A stretch of DNA of 64,000 nt, taken from NCBI GenBank assembly GCA_963817955.1, contig CAWFQK010000004.1, forward strand, positions 992,001 through 1,056,000, given 5' to 3'. A model generated the notes under the pieces. It searched no databases. It had not been told where the DNA came from and was given only the letters and a program-made list of their open reading frames with translations. The position numbers and the translations under genes are program-made. Position 1 is the stretch's first letter. The number at the start of each line of letters is the position of its first letter. Below are positions 59,074 through 64,000 of the stretch, in pieces. The stretch is from an uncultured Gemmatimonadaceae bacterium. Lineage in GTDB: Bacteria; Gemmatimonadota; Gemmatimonadetes; Gemmatimonadales; Gemmatimonadaceae.

Positions 59074-62000
59074 CTACCGTTTCGCCGCCTTGACCACGTT
59101 CCACTGCGCCATCACCGTCTTCGCATTCGCGCGTGCTTTCGCCGCGGCGTCTACCTGTGCCGCCGTTGGCGTCATGTCCGCGCCTTGCATGGACATTGCG
59201 GCGGCAAGCATGGCGTTGCTCACACTCTCGAGCGTCGGCGCCGGGGCGGCTGCCCCCCCACGTCCACCACCGGCACCGCCAGCGGCGGCGAAACCACCGC
59301 GACCGCGACGTCCGCCGGCTACAGCCGGCGGCGCCAGCGCTTCGACCTTCGCCTTGAGCGCGGCGGCCTCACTACTGGTGCTCTTGTCGAGCTCCGCCAC
59401 GAGTGCGCGCGCCTCGGTGTAGGCGACGTTCGCCGCGACCGCGCCGGCATACATCTCTTTGGTGAGTGCGGTAAGCTGCGCGAGACCGACGGCCGGTGTC
59501 TTGACGCGCGGGTCGAGCCGCAGCGTCAATGGCTGGCTATAGCTCTTGCCATCCACGGTGAGACGCACGGTATAGGCGCCCGGCGGCGCCCACGGCGAGT
59601 TCGGGAGAGTGTACGTGCGATGCGGCACCGCGCCCGTCGCGCCACCGCCGCCGCCGGCATTCGGATCTTCGGGAACGAGGGGATCGTAGTGCAGATCCCA
59701 ACTGAAGCGATGGAAGCCCTGCATGTTCGACAACCGGATCGGTGCCGCCGGCCAGTACAGCGGCAAGCCACAGTCGGGTGCTGTCGGCCGTTGTTGGCAC
59801 AGCTTGTTGTACGCCGCGGAGTCGAGCGCCGGATTCGGGTTGAGCATCGGATCGTCGCTCGAATAGTGGCGAACGATCTTGCCCGCCATGTCGAGAATCT
59901 CGAGTTTCACCGGCGTCGATACGTTCGAAGCGAGGGTGTAGTCGATGATGCCTCCCGGCATCGGATTCTCACCCGCCGGAACTTCCGGCGGCCACGGCGT
60001 GGGATCGTTCGTGGCGAAGCGGACGCGCACCGCTGTCGCCGGCTTGTACAGATACGCGTTCCCTGCCCGCTGCGACGCGGTTGCTTCGGCGAACTGACGC
60101 AGCGGCGTCAGGTTGTCGAGAATCCAGAATCCACGGCCGTGCGTGCCAGCCACCAGATCGGAACACAGGCAGGTGGTGTCATCCTTCACCTGGATATCGC
60201 GCACCGAGATCGCCGGCATGTCAGCCTTGAGCGACTGCCAGTGATCGCCGTCGTCGAACGACGCCCATACCTGGAGGTCGGTGGCGGCGTAGAGCAGCCC
60301 CTTCTTGTGCGGGTCCTCGCGAATCGAGTTCGCCGCCGCACCTGGTGCGATGCCCGTATTGATCTCCGTCCACGTCTTGCCGCCGTCGTGCGTGCGCCAG
60401 AAGTGCGGATTGAGATCGTCGAGGCGAAGCGTGTTCGCCGCGGCGTACGCGGTGAGATTGTCGAAGTGCCCGGCCTCGATGTTGAAGATGCGAGTCCACG
60501 GCTTGATCTGCGGCGGCGTGACGTTCGCCCAGTGCGCGCCACCGTCCATCGTCACTTGAATGAGCCCGTCATCCGAGCCGGTCCAGAGGATGTTGAGGCT
60601 GCGTGGTGACGGCGAGATCGCGGTGATGCTCCCTGCCGGCGCCGGCGTCACGGTGCTCGCGTACTTGCCCGCGGTCGCCGGTACCTCCCATGTCTGCCTG
60701 GTAAGGTCGGGGCTGATGCGCGTCCAGCTATGCGCGCGATCCGTGGACTTCCACACCACGTTCGACGCATAGAACAGCGTATTCTTGTCCACCGGCGACC
60801 AGTCGATCGGCATTGTCCGCACATTCCGGCCATACAGAGTTCCGCGCTGCTCGGCCGACGGGCCGACGTTCGTCGTCTGGCCGGTCTTGCGGTCGTAGAG
60901 CGACACGTTGGTGCGCATGCTGCCGTAGACCATGTCCGGATTCTTCGGATCGGACGCGGCGACGCCGTACTCCTGAATGTTCACCGGATGCCAATCGTGG
61001 AACGTGATCTCTCCATCCGGCGAACGGCTGTCAACACAGGCGGAGCCGGAATCCTGCTGCCCACCGCAGACGCGATACGCGAAGGTGTTGTCCGTCGACA
61101 CGTGGTACATGGCGGCCGTGGGCTGGTTGTACCAGTTGCTCCACGACGCACCGCGATTCGCCGAGATCACAGCGCCCTGGTCGGCGACCACAAGCAGGAT
61201 CTTCGGATCGTTCGGGTTGACCCACGCCTTTTGATAATCATCTCCGCCAGGCGCGCCGCGAACGGCTGACCAGGTCAGACCGCCGTCCTCGGTGCGCCAG
61301 AATACCGTGGAGGCGCTGTAGATCACGTTCTCGTTCTTCGGATCGACTACGATGGTCGGCAGGTCGCCGCCGCCGATGCGACCCAGCGGACGCGGGTCGC
61401 TTGGCCGCTGCCCGGTCGGATCGTTCGTGACGAGGTGCCAATGTTCGCCGGCATCGGTGGACTTGTAGAAGCCAACGACACCGGTCGTGTTGGCGGCACC
61501 CGCACCGCCGCGGCCACCGCGTCCGCCACCGGCGCCCGCGGCAGCCTGAGTCGGCGTGCCGGCGACGGTCGCATAGACGACATGCGGGTTGCTCGGTGCG
61601 ATCGCGAGGTTCGCCTGAATCACGCCCGGCAGACCTTCGGTGATCGGCTTCCACGTCGTGCCGCCATCAATCGACTTGAAGATGCCGTTGCCGGCGCCGC
61701 CAAATCCCTGGCCTTCAATGAAGCTCTGCTGCTGCTGCCAGAGCGTCGCGTAGACGGTGTTTGGGTCGGAGGGATCGATGCGGACGTCGTTGCCGCTCGT
61801 ATACTCGTCTTTATAGAGGACCTTCTGGAACGTCTGGCCGCCGTCGGTTGAGCGGAAGATGCCGCGCTCGGCGTTCGGTCCGTAGGGATGGCCAAGCGCG
61901 GCGACGAACAGCCGGTTCGGATCCTTGGGATCGACGTCGATCATCGAGATCATCTGCGATTCGCGCAGCCCGAGATGCGTCCAGGTCTTGCCGCCGTCGG

Positions 62001-62361
62001 TCGATTTGTAGACGCCATCGCCAACTGAGAGATCGGGACGAATGATCCCGGCGCCAGTGCCAACATAGATGATGTCCGGATTCGATGGCGCAACGGCAAT
62101 GGCCCCAATCGAACCGGTCGGCTGGCTGTCGAATAGCGGAGCCCAGGTCGAACCGTAGTCGGTGGAGCGCCAGACTCCGCCATTGTCGAAGCCGATGTAG
62201 AAGACGTTTGGCTGGCTCGGGACGCCGGCCAGGGCGCGAGCGCGACCGGCACGCGTGGGACCGATCGTACGCCAGTGCAGCGCAAGCGAATTGTCCTGCG
62301 CGGAGAGAACCGACGCAGAGACGGCGAGGAGGAGCGCGGAGCGGGACAGGAAGGAGCGCAC
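59074..62361 (-). CDS. Secreted BNR/Asp-box (VPS10/GH74-like) beta-propeller protein
   Basis: GTG 62361 with signal peptide; WRTIGPTRAGR, SxDGGxTW repeats, GGQQDSG, GTHGRGFW. Confidence 0.9.
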   Translation of the reverse strand: MRSFLSRSALLLAVSASVLSAQDNSLALHWRTIGPTRAGRARALAGVPSQPNVFYIGFDNGGVWRSTDYGSTWAPLFDSQPTGSIGAIAVAPSNPDIIYVGTGAGIIRPDLSVGDGVYKSTDGGKTWTHLGLRESQMISMIDVDPKDPNRLFVAALGHPYGPNAERGIFRSTDGGQTFQKVLYKDEYTSGNDVRIDPSDPNTVYATLWQQQQSFIEGQGFGGAGNGIFKSIDGGTTWKPITEGLPGVIQANLAIAPSNPHVVYATVAGTPTQAAAGAGGGRGGRGGAGAANTTGVVGFYKSTDAGEHWHLVTNDPTGQRPSDPRPLGRIGGGDLPTIVVDPKNENVIYSASTVFWRTEDGGLTWSAVRGAPGGDDYQKAWVNPNDPKILLVVADQGAVISANRGASWSNWYNQPTAAMYHVSTDNTFAYRVCGGQQDSGSACVDSRSPDGEITFHDWHPVNIQEYGVAASDPKNPDMVYGSMRTNVSLYDRKTGQTTNVGPSAEQRGTLYGRNVRTMPIDWSPVDKNTLFYASNVVWKSTDRAHSWTRISPDLTRQTWEVPATAGKYASTVTPAPAGSITAISPSPRSLNILWTGSDDGLIQVTMDGGAHWANVTPPQIKPWTRIFNIEAGHFDNLTAYAAANTLRLDDLNPHFWRTHDGGKTWTEINTGIAPGAAANSIREDPHKKGLLYAATDLQVWASFDDGDHWQSLKADMPAISVRDIQVKDDTTCLCSDLVAGTHGRGFWILDNLTPLRQFAEATASQRAGNAYLYKPATAVRVRFATNDPTPWPPEVPAGENPMPGGIIDYTLASNVSTPVKLEILDMAGKIVRHYSSDDPMLNPNPALDSAAYNKLCQQRPTAPDCGLPLYWPAAPIRLSNMQGFHRFSWDLHYDPLVPEDPNAGGGGGATGAVPHRTYTLPNSPWAPPGAYTVRLTVDGKSYSQPLTLRLDPRVKTPAVGLAQLTALTKEMYAGAVAANVAYTEARALVAELDKSTSSEAAALKAKVEALAPPAVAGGRRGRGGFAAAGGAGGGRGGAAAPAPTLESVSNAMLAAAMSMQGADMTPTAAQVDAAAKARANAKTVMAQWNVVKAAKR

Positions 62362-62461
62362 GGGCAGTTTGCCTGGGTGTTGGATACGAGAAAATGAGTC
62401 GGGAAAGGGGTAGGGTTCAAGAGGTTGGGGTACGCGACCTCGTGGGGGGCGGGCGGGGCGG

Positions 62462-62583
62462 GGCGGGATGGTTGTTGGTGGCCAGGCAGGATCAAGCGAT
62501 CGGGATGGCGGGTGACTGTGATCAGTCATCAGTGTGTGGGTGCTCAGTCATCAGTGACTGAGGACCCCGACAGGTCGGGGACC
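62462..62583. repeat. Left arm of a 122-bp inverted repeat
   Basis: Reverse complement of 63002-63123, with 6 mismatches by manual alignment. Confidence 0.92.
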
Positions 62584-62653
62584 CGGCATGGGTGTGCGCC
62601 GAAGTGGGATGAAATGTTGATGCTCCCAAGTGTCTCGGGTTGCAGAATGGGGA

Positions 62654-63034
62654 ATGCAAGATTTTCAGCGGCTATTGGTCTGGCGAAAGGCCCACGCGTT
62701 GGCACTGAACGTCGATCGGGCGACACAGGGCTTTTCGCGTTCGGGCTATGCCGGCCTCAAATCCCAGTTGACGCGTGCGGCCGATGGAACCCCCGCGAAC
62801 ATCGTCGAGGGTTGTGGGGCGGCGACCCAACGGGAGTTCGGCCGGTTCCTCGACATCGCGATCAAATCGACTTCCGAGACGCAGTACCACCTCATCTCAG
62901 CCCACGATCGCGGCCTGATTTCCGACGATGACTGGCGCTCGCTGACGAATGAAGCAACCCAAATTCGCCGAATGCTCTATGCCCTGCGGAAAAAGGTGCT
63001 CGGTCCCCGACCTGTCGGGGTGCTCAGTCACTGA
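62654..63034 (+). CDS. Four helix bundle protein (23S rRNA IVP / TIGR02436-like family)
   Basis: MQDFQRLLVWRKAH, LKSQLTRAA...PANIVEG, EFGRFL.IA..S.SET.YHL. Confidence 0.9.
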   Translation: MQDFQRLLVWRKAHALALNVDRATQGFSRSGYAGLKSQLTRAADGTPANIVEGCGAATQREFGRFLDIAIKSTSETQYHLISAHDRGLISDDDWRSLTNEATQIRRMLYALRKKVLGPRPVGVLSH

Positions 63035-63123
63035 CGACTGAGCACCCACACACTGATGACTGATCACAGTCACCCGTCGTCCCGATCGCTTGATCCTGCC
63101 TGGCCACGAACAGCCATCCCGCC
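63002..63123. repeat. Right arm of the 122-bp inverted repeat
   Basis: Pairs with 62462-62583 and contains the stop codon of the enclosed gene. Confidence 0.92.
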
Positions 63124-63142
63124 AGCCCGGCCCGCCAGGCTC

Positions 63143-63604
63143 TCACCCCGCCCGGTGCTTCGGCTGGTATGTTCCCACCTCCGACTGGAACGCCACCGCT
63201 AACCGATTCCACCCGTTAATGACGATCACCGCCATCGTCAGCTCGACGAGCTCCGCTTCCGCGAAGTGCTCGCGCGTCTCCTCATATAGCGCGTCGGGTA
63301 CGCCGGCACGTCCAATCTCCGTGACCACCTCCGCCCAAGCCAAGGCCGCGCGCTCCCGGGGCGTGAAGAATGGCGTCTCGCGCCACACCGGCACCGCGTA
63401 GATGCGCTGTTCCGTCTCGCCCTCGGCGCGCGCATCCTTGGTGTGCATGTCAATGCAGTAGGCGCAGCCGTTGACGTACGACGCGCGGATCTTCACGAGC
63501 TCGAGGAGCGTGCGCTCGAGGCCAGTCGAATTGACATAGTTCTCCATCGCGTACATCGCGCGATACGCTTCGGGGGCGGCGATCGAGTATTGAAGTCGCG
63601 TCAT
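63143..63604 (-). CDS. Carboxymuconolactone decarboxylase/AhpD-like protein
   Basis: RBS GGAG; LELVKIRAS..NGCAYCIDMH, ERAALAWAE, INGWNR. Confidence 0.92.
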   Translation of the reverse strand: MTRLQYSIAAPEAYRAMYAMENYVNSTGLERTLLELVKIRASYVNGCAYCIDMHTKDARAEGETEQRIYAVPVWRETPFFTPRERAALAWAEVVTEIGRAGVPDALYEETREHFAEAELVELTMAVIVINGWNRLAVAFQSEVGTYQPKHRAG

Positions 63605-63743
63605 CTCACTCTCCAGTGTCGTTGTACTCCGAAAGGAATGTGACAACCAGACGCCTGCCGGCGCTACAGCCACCACTCCTTGCCCCGACCGCAGGCGCCG
63701 ATAGCTTCATTGCATCTCGAACCGCCTCCCCTCGCTCAATCCC

Positions 63744-64000
63744 ATGTCACTTTCTCGCAGCCTCTCAGCCGCCGCGCTCGTCGCCGTAGCCGCGACCGCA
63801 GTGTCCGCGCAGCAGGCACCGACGTTCCCGACGAACAACCCCACGCTCCAGCGTATCTGGCGACTCGGCATGGACAGCTCGCATGCCCAGCCGCTCGCGC
63901 AAGCCCTGCTCGATTCCATCGGCCCGCGCCTCACCGGCGGTCCCGTGCTCCGCAGCGCCAGCGATTGGGCGATCAACACCTACAAGTCGTGGGGCATCGA
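63744..64000 (+). CDS. Secreted M20/M28 family peptidase (3' end runs off the window)
   Basis: Manual translation: MSLSRSLSAAALVAVAATAVSAQQ...LLDSIGPRLTG...ASDWAINTYKSWGI. Confidence 0.75.
   Translation, partial: MSLSRSLSAAALVAVAATAVSAQQAPTFPTNNPTLQRIWRLGMDSSHAQPLAQALLDSIGPRLTGGPVLRSASDWAINTYKSWGI

Noticed and set aside
22333..60609. Long antisense shadow ORFs (22333..23832, 33042..35030, 55894..57123, 57781..59025, 59047..60609)
   Set aside because: Typical stop-poor antisense frames of GC-rich genes, with no motifs.
62654..63034. Diversity-generating retroelement or 23S rRNA intervening sequence
   Set aside because: No reverse transcriptase, TR/VR pair or rRNA sequence is present in the window.

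Overview
GC-rich bacterial chromosomal window. The gene style (secreted M1/M14/M28/S9/S45 peptidases, BNR/VPS10-type propellers with GGRGG inserts, fused MFS/spermidine synthase) suggests Gemmatimonadota; this is an inference. Most genes are housekeeping or periplasmic catabolism: msrA, a sigma-70 factor, DEAD-box helicase, argJ, cydAB, cutC and one tRNA-Asn. No rRNA, CRISPR array, prophage or intact transposase was seen. Most notable: (1) a sigma70-like promoter, a leaderless Asn-containing 21-aa peptide, alternative hairpins and a terminator directly upstream of tRNA-Asn(GTT), which looks like a ribosome-mediated attenuator controlling a tRNA gene; (2) a four-helix-bundle gene inside 122-bp inverted repeats, an emptied GxxExxY-like cassette, and modular heptamer/REP-like repeats; (3) about 13 DnaA-box-like 9-mers with an IHF-like site upstream of ku; (4) an NHEJ locus with intact Ku but two internally deleted ligases; (5) 1.1 kb of 21-nt-periodic degenerate DNA; (6) an amidohydrolase fused to an outer-membrane barrel. 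All family calls come from motif recognition by eye; no database searches were run.
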